Assembly (NCBI GenBank): GCA_965213925.1
Contig: OZ243927.1
Span: forward strand, 3,072,001-3,136,000
Direction of reading: 5' to 3'
Length of the DNA stretch: 64,000 bases
Source of the DNA: Trueperaceae bacterium
GTDB taxonomy: Bacteria; Deinococcota; Deinococci; Deinococcales; Trueperaceae
In this document: positions 21,501 to 30,919 of the stretch, one piece after another
Numbering within the stretch: position 1 is the first letter of the stretch
Layout: every line of letters starts with the position of its first letter
Position numbers and translations under genes: made by a program
The notes under the pieces: model-generated
Database searches by the model: none
Told to the model about the DNA's origin: nothing
Seen by the model: the letters and a program-made list of their open reading frames with translations, nothing else

Positions 21501-21558
21501 TAAGCGAACTTAGAACGGTAGATAGCGCGAGCAAAAGAACTAGCCAGAACGTTTTCAT
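18532..21558 (-). CDS. pulA: Secreted pullulanase-type alpha-1,6-glucosidase (GH13 with PUD/CBM41 and CBM48)
   Basis: Signal peptide, NWGYDP, DVVYNH, DGFRFDLMG, YGEGWNFG and SAHDN motifs. Confidence 0.92.
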   Translation of the reverse strand: MKTFWLVLLLALSTVLSSLTVTSAQTDNAARIHYTRPDGVYEGWRLHVWEDTTQPTEWENGLEISGEDEYGVYWDVGLMENAETLNFIVHKGDEKDPGPDMSLDLGEMGQEVWLVSGDSTLYTEQPSGEEVTASVGNLSQAEAHWLREDTLALDTSGLPEDAQYSLIYAADAGLSAESLAGDEFPLTLDEDGLSEEVRTDFPHLAEYGRLELADPPNAPDLLRGQLAVVVRDSEGTLLRATGVQIPGVLDDLYAEAAYDEPLGVVWDGDAPTVRVWAPTAQNVRLHLFESLDSEAEVQAMTFDDTTGIWSVTGNSDWNEQYYLLETTVYAPTTQQIETNLVTDPYSHALAQNSTHSQIVDLQSAELQPEGWTSLEKPPLASTRDSSVYELHMRDFSVGDETVPEEERGTYLAFTHPDSNGMTHLKSLADAGLTHLHLLPTFDIATINEDKSEWREPAGDLASYGPASEEQQAAIGEIREQDPFNWGYDPYHYTVPEGSYSTEPMGTPRTLQYREMVKALNEAGLRVVMDVVYNHTHASGQNERSVLDKVVPGYYHRLNLEGEVETSTCCQNTATEHAMMEKLMVDSLVTWARDYKVDGFRFDLMGHHMVDNMVVVKEALNALTMEEDGVDGATILLYGEGWNFGEVADGARGLNATQLNTGGLGIATFNDRLRDAVRGGGPFDSGTDLVTNQGFINGLFYNPNSEVAASEEEQRDVLLLAADQIRVGLTGNLSSYTFQNARGEEVSGAAVDYNGSPVGYAEAPQEVVTYVSAHDNQTLWDNNEYKHPADLSMDERVRAQNLGLSIVALSQGTPFFHAGSELLRSKSLDRDSYDSGDWFNKLDYSYENNNWGVGLPPAWSNEDNWAIMTPILQGREVPEAAHIERSAEHLREMLAVRQSSPLFRLESAEAVQSQLTFHNTGPEQVPGVIVMSLSADGSEAQSRYGNIVVAFNATDEAQTLDLPLAETTFQLHPVQQGSGDDRVKEAQLSGGTLQVPARTTAVFVETGGN

Positions 21559-21775
21559 TGGTCTCCCCTTGATCTTGTGAAGTAGGGTGAGTTTACCGCA
21601 GGTCCGCAGGAATGAAAGGGAGAAGAGGCGTTCTTAAAGACACATTCTTGAAGACGCATTCGCAGCCGTCAACCTGAGACGAGGATGTCTCGAGCGAGGA
21701 CATGGTTGACTCTCCTGCTCGACTCGCTTAGCGCTGCGCTAGAGACGTGTTAGGCTCACCTCATTTTAGGAGGTC

Positions 21776-23110
21776 ATGATGGAACGCCTGATCAGTCTTC
21801 TCGGCATGGTGGTACTACTTGGCATCGGCTTTTTACTCTCCAAACATAAACGCAGCATCAGCCCGCGTACGGTCTTAGGCGCGCTCGCCATTCAGGTCTT
21901 GTTCGGCTTCATCGTGCTGCGCTGGCCCCTGGGTCGGCAAGCCTTGCAAGGGGTCTCGTCGGGCGTGCAAAACGTCATCGGCTACGCGAACGAGGGCATC
22001 AACTTCCTCTTCGGCGGGCTCACCGCGCCGAACTCGGAGATCAGTCAGAATCTAGGGACGGTCTTCGCCTTTCAGGTTTTGCCCATCATCGTCTTTTTCT
22101 CGTCGCTGATTTCGGTGCTCTATTTCTTGGGCATCATGCAGTGGGTGGTGCGGCTTTTAGGCGGCGCACTCGCGAAGCTCTTGGGGACGAGCCGCCCCGA
22201 GTCTTTATCAGCGAGCGCGAACATCTTTGTGGGGCAGACCGAAGCGCCCTTAACCGTGCGCCCCTACATCGCCAAGATGAGCGAGTCCGAACTCTTCGCG
22301 GTGATGGTGGGTGGACTGGCGTCGGTGGCGGGCTCGGTCTTGGCGGGCTACGCGCAGTTGGGGATACGGCTCGAGTACCTCATCGCCGCGAGCTTCATGG
22401 CGGCACCTGCGGGCTTACTCTTCGCCAAGCTCATCATTCCCGAGGTCGAAGCGGAGTCGGACGATAAGGTGACGCTGGACGGGGCGGATGATGGGTCCGA
22501 CTCAACCGAAAATAAAGAGGTCGATGAAGAAACCGAAGCGAGAGAGGACGAGAGCGCAAATGAAAATGGGGGTGAGAGCGCCGCGGACGCCGCCAACGTC
22601 TTCGACGCGGCGGCGAGGGGGGCCTCGGACGGGCTGCAACTCGCCCTCAACGTCGGCGCGATGCTGCTCGCCTTCGTCGGGCTGATTGCACTTATCAATG
22701 GGCTTTTGGGCGGCGTCGGCGGACTGTTTGGCTACCCCGAACTCTCCTTCGAGCAGCTTCTGGGCTACCTCTTCGCGCCGCTCGCTTTTGTCATCGGCGT
22801 GCCCTGGGCGGACGCGCCTTTAGCGGGCAACTTCATCGGGCAAAAAATCGTCGTGAACGAATTCGTCGCCTTTATCGCCTTTCAGGATGTTTTAGGAGAT
22901 TTGAGCACGCGCACCGAAGCGATCATCACCTTTGCGCTGACGGGCTTCGCGAACTTCGCGTCCTTGGCGATTCTGTTAGGCGGGCTCGGCGGGATCGCGC
23001 CCACAAGACGCGCCGACATCGCTCGCTTAGGGCTTTACGCGGTGGCAGGCGCGACGCTGGCGAATTTGATGAGCGCGGCGATTGCGGGGTTATTTGTAGT
23101 GGGAGGATAG
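21776..23110 (+). CDS. nupC: Concentrative nucleoside transporter (CNT/NupC family)
   Basis: [32 protein letters not shown] and GFANFAS motifs. AGGAGG RBS. Confidence 0.92.
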   Translation: MMERLISLLGMVVLLGIGFLLSKHKRSISPRTVLGALAIQVLFGFIVLRWPLGRQALQGVSSGVQNVIGYANEGINFLFGGLTAPNSEISQNLGTVFAFQVLPIIVFFSSLISVLYFLGIMQWVVRLLGGALAKLLGTSRPESLSASANIFVGQTEAPLTVRPYIAKMSESELFAVMVGGLASVAGSVLAGYAQLGIRLEYLIAASFMAAPAGLLFAKLIIPEVEAESDDKVTLDGADDGSDSTENKEVDEETEAREDESANENGGESAADAANVFDAAARGASDGLQLALNVGAMLLAFVGLIALINGLLGGVGGLFGYPELSFEQLLGYLFAPLAFVIGVPWADAPLAGNFIGQKIVVNEFVAFIAFQDVLGDLSTRTEAIITFALTGFANFASLAILLGGLGGIAPTRRADIARLGLYAVAGATLANLMSAAIAGLFVVGG

Positions 23111-23350
23111 AGCGTTGTAGCTAGTCAAAAGGGTCTGACCCTCTGCCGCTTGCGACGTAAGGAGCTTCATCAATATGACAAAGATGTACGACGACTCCTT
23201 CGAATACTCTATCCGCTTGCGGCGAAGTTTGCTATTCGAAACGCAAACTGCGTTATGTTTCTTAGACTGTGTCACGCAAAGGCTTAAGCGACTACTTGAG
23301 TAAGAAAGCTGTAAAACTAGATTGCTTATAGTCTTAGGTCGGGAGGCTAT

Positions 23351-24751
23351 ATGAGATCACAGCTTTTTTTATCCGTTCTTCTAACTTTAGTAACCCTTTC
23401 TACGTGTGCTTTTGCGCAACCAGACTTTTCTGTGCAGGCTCGAGAGCTTGATAAGGTTGCGGTCAAGCAAGCCGTCAGTATGGCGCGTTCGCTGCCTTCA
23501 GCCCAGCTAGCCGTCAACGTTCTTGAAAAAGAACAAATTCTACCCTTATGGAATAACGCTAAGGGGGCAGGAAATAAAGAGCAAATAGCGCTAGTTGTTC
23601 CAACGAATGTTGACACAGTAACTCTTCAATTCTATCTAAACCAGAACGAGCTAACGTCAACGGTTATTCATACTATATCAACAGACGGCTATCCGATCTG
23701 TCACTACCCGAAAGGGAATGTAGAAAACGCTCATACGCTTTTTGTTGGACGCGCGGCTATCAAGGCTCACCTTAGTCAACACGGCGATACCTTAGGTCCA
23801 TGTGAGGGGGGAGAACACGCTAAGGGAGTAGAGGCAACATACATTGATGTGAGCGCCGGATTTGTACTTCGCTATCTGCTTTTGCCTAATGCAAAGATCA
23901 AAGGACAAGAAGCGGCATTGTGGCAAGGAGCCGGCAGCTTGCAGGAGATGAGCACGCCTGTCCCTACCAATACGGATTCGCTCAAGAAGTTCTTAGAAGA
24001 TAATCCTGTACCAGACCTTCCTGAACCGTTGGAGCCAGAGCTAGGTTCTCAAGGGTGGCTTTCAACACTTGGACCAAATGAGTGCGGTGCGCAAGGCGAA
24101 GAGTGTGCCATCAGTGACCCGACACCACCACCTGATCAAACTCCTCCAAACCCTTTCGAACCTATCCCTGGCGATGACAGTGGTGCTCCCGAAGAAGATA
24201 CTTGTGACGAAGAAAAACTAGGTGACTTGCGAGATGATAGAGATGATGCGCAAGGTGAGCTTATTGATGCTGATTTTGTGAAAGACACTGCGAGAGACGC
24301 GGCAGATAAAGTGTACAAAGAAGTTGTAGACCTTCGTTTCTTGCTAACAGATATCTACCAAGATTTGGATTCTGTCAATGAAGACATCGAAGATGCTCTA
24401 GATGACCTCAACGCTGTACTAAGCGACGGAAATACGAACGCCGGAGAAATAGGGTGGGATTGCATTGGAGGCTTAGATTTAATGGCTTGCTGGCGTGAAA
24501 ACTTTCAGAACAAAGGTCTAAATCAAGAGGCTAAAGAGATAAACCAAAAAATTGACGACTTACAGAAACGTGCGGATGAGTTGACGAAAGACTATACCCA
24601 AGTTGCAGGTGAGCTTGGAAGAAAAAATGCGGAATATGAAAACCTCAAAGCTGTATATGAAGAAGCCAAGCGCGTCTACAACGAAAAGCGCGAAGCCTAC
24701 AACACGGCAAACCAAAAGTATCAGAACTACAAAGATAAGAACTGCGACTAA
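23351..24751 (+). CDS. Secreted hypothetical protein with His/Cys mini-domain, Pro-rich linker and C-terminal coiled coil
   Basis: GGGAGG RBS, Sec signal (...CAFA/Q), 466-aa open frame in AT-richer DNA. Confidence 0.75.
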   Translation: MRSQLFLSVLLTLVTLSTCAFAQPDFSVQARELDKVAVKQAVSMARSLPSAQLAVNVLEKEQILPLWNNAKGAGNKEQIALVVPTNVDTVTLQFYLNQNELTSTVIHTISTDGYPICHYPKGNVENAHTLFVGRAAIKAHLSQHGDTLGPCEGGEHAKGVEATYIDVSAGFVLRYLLLPNAKIKGQEAALWQGAGSLQEMSTPVPTNTDSLKKFLEDNPVPDLPEPLEPELGSQGWLSTLGPNECGAQGEECAISDPTPPPDQTPPNPFEPIPGDDSGAPEEDTCDEEKLGDLRDDRDDAQGELIDADFVKDTARDAADKVYKEVVDLRFLLTDIYQDLDSVNEDIEDALDDLNAVLSDGNTNAGEIGWDCIGGLDLMACWRENFQNKGLNQEAKEINQKIDDLQKRADELTKDYTQVAGELGRKNAEYENLKAVYEEAKRVYNEKREAYNTANQKYQNYKDKNCD

Positions 24752-24772
24752 AACCACGAAAGGAGCAATAAG

Positions 24773-25492
24773 GTGAAAAATTATCTGATTTTTCTGCTGC
24801 TAATCAGCCTACTCGCTGCGTGCGGTGGTGTGAGTGCCCCTGACAGCGACACAACTTCGCAAGTAACTTTCGATGTACGAGGAGGTACGCTTAATTACTC
24901 AGCAGGGGTTGGAACGAGCTTTATCTTCGACTTCGGTCTAGCTGACAAAGCCACTAATGAGGTCGAGGTGAGCATTGTAGGACCGGAGGGATGGAATTAT
25001 AACAAACCTGTGCAAAAACGCTATAGCTACACTACTCCGGGGCATAAAATAACCTGGACACAGGTCTTCCAGGATGACGGTGGACGGCATCTCGAGGTAT
25101 TACCCGGTGCCTATGAAGTCACTGCGAAGATAAGTGGCATAGAGAAAAAGAAGGCACTGCGAATCGACTCCGAAGCCCTCAGTAAACCGCAAGGCCTAAA
25201 ATTGACTGAGCTAAGTGAAGGCGTTGTCGCGGCTGAGTGGTCAAGTGTTCCGGCAGCAGAATCTTATCTAATTGAGGTTTTTTCGCCGCAAAGCGGCCTA
25301 GAGCGTGGTATCATTTATACCTACTCAAAACTCAATACTGCTGTGTTCGAGGACTATATGCTTACGCCTGGTGCAACACACTACTTAGGGGTAACAGCTT
25401 TAACAGTTGATTATAGTTCCGTACCCTCTAGCTTAGCTTCCGTGCCAGCCTTCAACACCTCGTACGGTTATATCAAGTTCATCGCTCCCTAA
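24773..25492 (+). CDS. Hypothetical lipoprotein with FN3-like C-terminal domain
   Basis: AGGAG RBS, lipobox LLAA-C, FN3-like P.GL.L......V..W..VP.A.SY.I pattern. Confidence 0.75.
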   Translation: MKNYLIFLLLISLLAACGGVSAPDSDTTSQVTFDVRGGTLNYSAGVGTSFIFDFGLADKATNEVEVSIVGPEGWNYNKPVQKRYSYTTPGHKITWTQVFQDDGGRHLEVLPGAYEVTAKISGIEKKKALRIDSEALSKPQGLKLTELSEGVVAAEWSSVPAAESYLIEVFSPQSGLERGIIYTYSKLNTAVFEDYMLTPGATHYLGVTALTVDYSSVPSSLASVPAFNTSYGYIKFIAP

Positions 25493-25534
25493 TTCAAGAT
25501 TTGGACAAAACATCGGTTGTTCTAGCTGACAGTC

Positions 25535-25563
25535 AAGAGAGCGCAAGTTTGTGCTCTCTTTTT
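25535..25563 (+). terminator. Rho-independent terminator closing the two-gene islet
   Basis: AAGAGAGCGCA..TGTGCTCTCTT stem followed by a T run. Confidence 0.6.
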
Positions 25564-25600
25564 AGCTTATTAGTGGATGAGCAAAGACGAGAAAGTGCTT

Positions 25601-26608
25601 TCAAACATTGGGCGTAATCAAAATCTTTCCCTCTGTCATACTCTGCTCGTAGTCGCGGATGCCGTCCACGGCGTTCTCGAGTGAATACCGTCCGCGAATA
25701 TCCGCGCGTAAGTCCGTGGCTAAGGCGCGTTGGACGCGCACGGTGCGTAAGAGGAAGTTGGGTAACGCCAAGTTCTCTAAGTAGTCCGAGAGCCAGAAGC
25801 CTTCGACCCGCTGGTCTTCGAAGATGAGACCTCTCGGGTCCATGCGCACAGGTTCTTCAGATAACGCGCCGTAAACCAAGACCTTACTGCTGCGCGGCAT
25901 GGCGTAGAGGAGTCTCTGCGGCATGTCGCCCGCCACCGCGTCAAAAGCGAAGGTCGCACCGAGTTTATGACACACCTCTTTAAGTTCACTGTCAAAGTCT
26001 GCGTCGCTGCTGTTTAAGACGTGCTCCGCGCCCAGACCTCTTAGCAACTCGACTTGCTCCTCACGCCGCACCACGTGAATCATCGGGAGCTTAAAGCGTT
26101 TGCCGAGTTGCAAGACCATCCGCCCCAACGCGCTCGCGGCGGCGCTCTGCACGACGGCGCGATGTTCGCCCTGCCGCGCCCTTTCGACCAGACCCCACGC
26201 GGTAAAAGGGTTGACTAAGAGCATCGCGCCTTGCTCCGTTGTGACCCGTTTCAAAAGAGGCAAACACATCATCGCATCCACCAAAACGTACTGCGCCCAA
26301 GTGCCGTCCCCTTTCTGCTGCACGCCGCACGCCACACGCTTGCCGACGAGCCATTTTGCGTACGCCCCTTCGCCCGCCACAACCACGCCGCTCGCCTCGA
26401 AGCCGGGCACCGTCGGCAAGGGCTTTTTGAAACCGTACAAGTTGCGCATGAACATGAGGTCGGAGGGGTTGACCGCCGCCGCTTCGACCCTGACGAGGAC
26501 TTGACCCTCTTGCGGCTCGGGGACCTCTTTTTGAGTAAGCTCGAGCGCGTCCAGACCCTCATAGGCGGAGAGTTGTAAAGCGTTCATAGTGCCGGGAATG
26601 TCTGACAT
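25601..26608 (-). CDS. Zinc-independent MDR oxidoreductase (quinone/enoyl reductase-like)
   Basis: AAVNPSD, PGFEASG, VNPFTAW, AAASALG and GKILI motifs. ATG at 26608 follows AAGGAG; the longer ORF extension overlaps the divergent gene. Confidence 0.88.
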   Translation of the reverse strand: MSDIPGTMNALQLSAYEGLDALELTQKEVPEPQEGQVLVRVEAAAVNPSDLMFMRNLYGFKKPLPTVPGFEASGVVVAGEGAYAKWLVGKRVACGVQQKGDGTWAQYVLVDAMMCLPLLKRVTTEQGAMLLVNPFTAWGLVERARQGEHRAVVQSAAASALGRMVLQLGKRFKLPMIHVVRREEQVELLRGLGAEHVLNSSDADFDSELKEVCHKLGATFAFDAVAGDMPQRLLYAMPRSSKVLVYGALSEEPVRMDPRGLIFEDQRVEGFWLSDYLENLALPNFLLRTVRVQRALATDLRADIRGRYSLENAVDGIRDYEQSMTEGKILITPNV

Positions 26609-26642
26609 AAAATCTCCTTTTGTAGAGGTTACGATACCCTTC

Positions 26643-27359
26643 ATGCCCCTCACAGACCTCTCCGTGCTCCTCATTGTCACCTTCGCCGCCTTTGTCCGCG
26701 CGACGGTGGGGTTTGGCGACGCGCTCATCGCCATGTCGCTGCTCGTTTTGGTCACAGGTTTGGAGACCGCGACGCCGCTCGTCGGTTTGCTCGGCGTTTC
26801 GACGGCGGCGCTTATGCTGCTCCTCTCCTGGCAACAAGTGGACATGAAAAGTATCGCCCCCTTTCTCGGCGCGTCGGCGCTCGGCATTCCGCTGGGCGCA
26901 CTTCTCTTGACCCGTTTCAGCGGCGACGTTCTTATCGCAGGCTTAGGCGTGGTTCTAGTGAGTTTCGGTCTCTTTAAGCTTGCGCAACCTACGCTGCCCG
27001 CCCTGCGCCACCCCGCGCTCACGTTCACGCTCGGGCTGCTCTCCGGGCTTTTCGGCGGCGCGTATAACGTGAGCGGTCCCGTAGCCGTGCTCTACGGCGG
27101 GTTGAGGAGGTGGCCGCCGGAGGTCTTTAGGGCGAGCTTGCAAGGCTACTTCATCGTGACGAGCGTGCTGATCGCCACCTCGCACGGGGTGTACGGGCTC
27201 TGGAGCGCACACGTGTGGCAGCTTTACGCCTTCGCCGTGCCGCTCTCCGCGGCGGCGATCGTTGCAGGGCATAACGTTGCGAAGCGCGTGCCGCGCGGGG
27301 GGTTGGAGCGCCTTATCAACGTCGCCACCGTGCTGCTAGGGCTCACGCTGATGTTCTAA
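26643..27359 (+). CDS. Sulfite exporter TauE/SafE family membrane protein
   Basis: GFG.ALI and GLFGGAYNVSGP motifs, about 8 TMs. TACGAT -10 element 7 nt before the ATG. Confidence 0.85.
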   Translation: MPLTDLSVLLIVTFAAFVRATVGFGDALIAMSLLVLVTGLETATPLVGLLGVSTAALMLLLSWQQVDMKSIAPFLGASALGIPLGALLLTRFSGDVLIAGLGVVLVSFGLFKLAQPTLPALRHPALTFTLGLLSGLFGGAYNVSGPVAVLYGGLRRWPPEVFRASLQGYFIVTSVLIATSHGVYGLWSAHVWQLYAFAVPLSAAAIVAGHNVAKRVPRGGLERLINVATVLLGLTLMF

Positions 27360-27419
27360 ATGTGCGCGCGCAGCGCCGGGTAAAGAAAGAGATATGTCAT
27401 TCTGACCCTACGAACATCT

Positions 27420-29237
27420 ATGAGCCTACCCGACTACAAACTACAGTTCGACTTTCCTAACGCTTCCGGCGAGCGCGAACGTCTCTCCTTCGACCACCCC
27501 ACCGAGCTGATCGTCGCACATCATGTAGATGAAGTTCAGCCTTGCTTTGAAGCGGTGGAAAGAGCCGTGAGCGAGGGCAAGTACGTCGCGGGCTACGTAG
27601 CGTATGAGGCGGCTCCCGCGTTTGATAGCGCGATGTCCGCCGCTGAGACCAGTGCCGAGACCAACGCCGAGACTAAGGCTGAAATCAACGCCCGCTTTCC
27701 CCTCCTGTGGTTCGGTGTTTTTGGTCCGCCGAGTACCGCACCTTTATCTCCTGAGGACGAAACACACGAAGACGAAACGTACACCCTATCGGCGTGGGAA
27801 CCCAACGTAACCAAGCCGACGTACGCCTCGGACATCGCGCGCATCAAAGCGGCGATCGCGGGCGGTGAGACCTACCAGGTGAACTACACGCTCAGGCTGA
27901 ACGCCTCGTTTGCGGGCGACGCTTTCGCGCTTTACGAGCAGATGAAGCGTTCGCAAAGAGCGAGCTACAGCGCCTTTTTGGACACGGGTCGGTACAAAAT
28001 CTTGTCGGCGTCGCCTGAGCTATTTTTCAGACTGGACGAAGGAACGTTGCAAACGAAGCCGATGAAAGGGACCATTCGGCGCGGACGCTGTGTCGAGGAG
28101 GACATGGCGCTAAAGTCCGAACTCTACACCTCAGAAAAGAACCGCGCCGAACACGTAATGATCGTTGACCTCTTGCGAAACGACCTGGGTAGAGTCTCCG
28201 AGATGGGCTCAGTTGAGGTGGAAGACCTGTTCGCCGTCGAGACCTACCCGACCTTTTTCACCATGACCTCGACGATCAAGTCGAAGCTCGAGCCGGATAC
28301 GTCCTTCGCTGAACTGTTCGCTGCGCTGTTTCCGTGCGGCTCCGTCACGGGCGCGCCCAAAATTCAGACCATGAAGCTCATCGCGCAGTTAGAAGGCTGC
28401 CCCAGGCGCGTCTACTGCGGCGCGATCGGCTACATCACGCCGGAACGTAACGCCGTCTTCAACGTCCCTATTCGCACCGTGCTGATCGACGCCGAGGCTG
28501 AGCGCGCTGAATACGGCGTCGGCGGCGGCGTCGTGTGGGATTCGGAGGCGGCGGACGAATATGACGAGGCGATGCTCAAAACCTCGTTCTTGAGCACTTC
28601 GCGCCCGGACTTCGACCTACTCGAGACCCTTAAATTCGATGGTCGTCATTATGTGGTGTTAGAGCGGCACATCGCACGCCTGCTAGCGTCGGCGGCGTAT
28701 TTCGGTAGAGACGTCTCTGAGCTTGCGGTGCGGCAATCTCTACAGTCCGTGGCCGAACGTTACGAGGGAAGACCGCGCCGCGTCAGGTTGCTCGTCGGTG
28801 AAGCGGGGCAGGTGTGCGTCTCGAGCACGCCCTTAGGCGACGTTCCCTCACAGATGCGCGCCTGCCTCGCCTCATCACCTGTGAATACGGGCGACGTGTT
28901 TCTCTATCACAAGACCACTAACCGAGACCAATACGAGGCGCATCTCAAAGCGGCGGCGTCTCTAGGCGTCGATGACGTGCTGCTCTGGAACGAACAGGGC
29001 GAGTTGACGGAATTTACCAAAGGCAACGTCGTCGTGGAGCTAGGCGGGGTCAAATGGACACCCTCAAGAGACTGCGGGCTCTTGCAGGGGACGCTCGCGG
29101 AGGAGCTGTTGGCGAAGGAGCAGATTTATCTCAAACGGTTACACAAATCGTGCTTGGACACCTCCTCAAAGGTTTGGTTCATCAACAGCGTGCGGGGTTG
29201 GGTCGAAGTCACGTTGGTCACTCCTAGTCTGACGTAG
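27420..29237 (+). CDS. pabB: Aminodeoxychorismate synthase component I fused to ADC lyase-like domain
   Basis: GETYQVNYT, SASPELFF, PMKGT, VDLLRNDLGR and FPCGSVTGAPK motifs. C-terminal class-IV aminotransferase-like LLET...HKTT.R...NSVRG. Confidence 0.9.
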   Translation: MSLPDYKLQFDFPNASGERERLSFDHPTELIVAHHVDEVQPCFEAVERAVSEGKYVAGYVAYEAAPAFDSAMSAAETSAETNAETKAEINARFPLLWFGVFGPPSTAPLSPEDETHEDETYTLSAWEPNVTKPTYASDIARIKAAIAGGETYQVNYTLRLNASFAGDAFALYEQMKRSQRASYSAFLDTGRYKILSASPELFFRLDEGTLQTKPMKGTIRRGRCVEEDMALKSELYTSEKNRAEHVMIVDLLRNDLGRVSEMGSVEVEDLFAVETYPTFFTMTSTIKSKLEPDTSFAELFAALFPCGSVTGAPKIQTMKLIAQLEGCPRRVYCGAIGYITPERNAVFNVPIRTVLIDAEAERAEYGVGGGVVWDSEAADEYDEAMLKTSFLSTSRPDFDLLETLKFDGRHYVVLERHIARLLASAAYFGRDVSELAVRQSLQSVAERYEGRPRRVRLLVGEAGQVCVSSTPLGDVPSQMRACLASSPVNTGDVFLYHKTTNRDQYEAHLKAAASLGVDDVLLWNEQGELTEFTKGNVVVELGGVKWTPSRDCGLLQGTLAEELLAKEQIYLKRLHKSCLDTSSKVWFINSVRGWVEVTLVTPSLT

Positions 29238-29364
29238 AGACTTTCGTGCTTACCTTGGCCGCGTCCTCCCTCATCTGTCCAGAGCGCTACACTCTTCCCC
29301 TCGAGGTATCGCTATGGTAAACCTAAAGCGTGAATTCAGAAGGTTATACGCGCCGTTATAACAA

Positions 29365-29442
29365 AGTGCAGGTATCGTCTTATAACGTGCACGTTAGCCG
29401 GTAACGTCTTAGACTGAGCGCGTTTCAGATGATACCTGCACT
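29365..29442 (+). promoter_or_regulatory. Long 5'-leader stem upstream of gnd
   Basis: AGTGCAGGTATCGTCT pairs with AGATGATACCTGCACT (16 bp, one G-U), ending 1 nt before the GGAGG RBS. Confidence 0.5.
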
Positions 29443-29453
29443 CGGAGGCTGAC

Positions 29454-30905
29454 ATGGATAAAAAAGCAGACATCGGGCTTATCGGGCTTGCGGTGATGGG
29501 GCAAAACCTCGTTTTGAACATGGACGACCACGACTTTAACGTGGCGGTCTACAACCGCACCACCTCCAAAATGACCGACTTCGTCGCTGGACCCGCCTCG
29601 GACACGAACGTCGAAGGCTTCGAGGAGTTAGAGGACATGGTGGCAGCCTTAGAGAAGCCGCGCCGCGTCATGCTGATGGTCAAAGCGGGCAGCGCCGTGG
29701 ACAAGGTGATCGAGCAGCTTCTGCCGATGTTAGAAGAGGGCGACATCATTATCGACGGAGGCAACGCGAACCATCACGACTCGATACGGCACGCCGAAGA
29801 GCTAGAGGAGAAGGGGCTGCGCTACATCGGCACGGGCATCTCGGGCGGCGAAGAGGGCGCGCGCAACGGTCCCTCGATCATGCCGGGCGGCACGCCGAGT
29901 GCCTGGGAGCACGTCCAGGACATCTTCCAGAGCATCGCCGCGCAAGTGGACGACGTGCCCTGCTGCGACTGGGTCGGCGAGAACGGCGCAGGTCACTTCG
30001 TCAAGATGGTGCATAACGGAATTGAATACGGTGACATGCAGCTCATCTGCGAGGCGTATCACCTGATGAAGTCCGCGCTCGGCATGGACAACGACGAGAT
30101 CGGCGAGACCTTTAGAAAATGGAACGAGGGCAAACTCGACTCGTACCTCATCGAAATCACGGGCGAAATCTTCAAGGCGAAAGACGAGGACGGCTCACCC
30201 CTTATCGATAAGATTTTGGACACAGCTGGACAGAAGGGGACGGGCAAGTGGACGGCGGTCGCCGCTTTAGAGCAAGGCATCCCCTTAACGCTTATCGGCG
30301 AGGCGGTCTTCTCGCGCTTTTTGTCTGCTCTTAAAGGCGAACGCGAAGCAGCCTCAAAAATCCTCGAGGGACCGAGTGACGATGTCGAGATCGACAAAGA
30401 CACCTTCCTCCAAGACCTCGAGCAAGCCCTTTTCGCCGCCAAAGTCACCTCTTACGCGCAGGGCTACATGCTCCTAGGCGCAGCCGCCGACGAGTACGGC
30501 TGGAACCTCAACTATCCGGGCATCGCGCAGATGTGGCGCGGCGGCTGCATCATCCGCTCAGCGTTTTTGAGCGACATCATGGAGGCGTACCAAAGTAACG
30601 AGAACTTGCAAAACCTCCTGCTCGCGCCCTTCTTCAAAAAGCAGATCGACGAGGCGCAAGGCGCGTGGCGGCGCGTGGTCGCTAAGGCGGTCGAACTAGG
30701 GATTCCGGTCCCCGCGTCATCCAGCGCCCTCGCCTTCTACGACGGCTACCGCACAGCGCGGCTGCCCGCCAACCTCCTGCAAGCCCAGCGCGACTACTTC
30801 GGGGCGCACACGTATGAGCGCGTGGACAAAGAGCGCGGCGAGTTCTTCCATACCGACTGGACGGGGCATGGCGGGGACGTACCGTCGGGGTCTTACGAAG
30901 CCTAA
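29454..30905 (+). CDS. gnd: 6-phosphogluconate dehydrogenase, NADP-dependent decarboxylating
   Basis: GLIGLAVMG, GISGGEEGA, KMVHNGIEYGDMQ, GQKGTG and QRDYFGAH motifs. Confidence 0.97.
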   Translation: MDKKADIGLIGLAVMGQNLVLNMDDHDFNVAVYNRTTSKMTDFVAGPASDTNVEGFEELEDMVAALEKPRRVMLMVKAGSAVDKVIEQLLPMLEEGDIIIDGGNANHHDSIRHAEELEEKGLRYIGTGISGGEEGARNGPSIMPGGTPSAWEHVQDIFQSIAAQVDDVPCCDWVGENGAGHFVKMVHNGIEYGDMQLICEAYHLMKSALGMDNDEIGETFRKWNEGKLDSYLIEITGEIFKAKDEDGSPLIDKILDTAGQKGTGKWTAVAALEQGIPLTLIGEAVFSRFLSALKGEREAASKILEGPSDDVEIDKDTFLQDLEQALFAAKVTSYAQGYMLLGAAADEYGWNLNYPGIAQMWRGGCIIRSAFLSDIMEAYQSNENLQNLLLAPFFKKQIDEAQGAWRRVVAKAVELGIPVPASSSALAFYDGYRTARLPANLLQAQRDYFGAHTYERVDKERGEFFHTDWTGHGGDVPSGSYEA

Positions 30906-30919
30906 AAGTATAGAAATGA

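Noticed and set aside
21560..21775. Purine riboswitch upstream of nupC
   Set aside because: No purine-aptamer core is visible; only a short 14-bp tandem repeat (TTCTT.AAGAC.CA).
26609..27028. N-terminal 140-aa extension of the MDR oxidoreductase
   Set aside because: It is antisense to tauE, and a good SD precedes the ATG at 26608.
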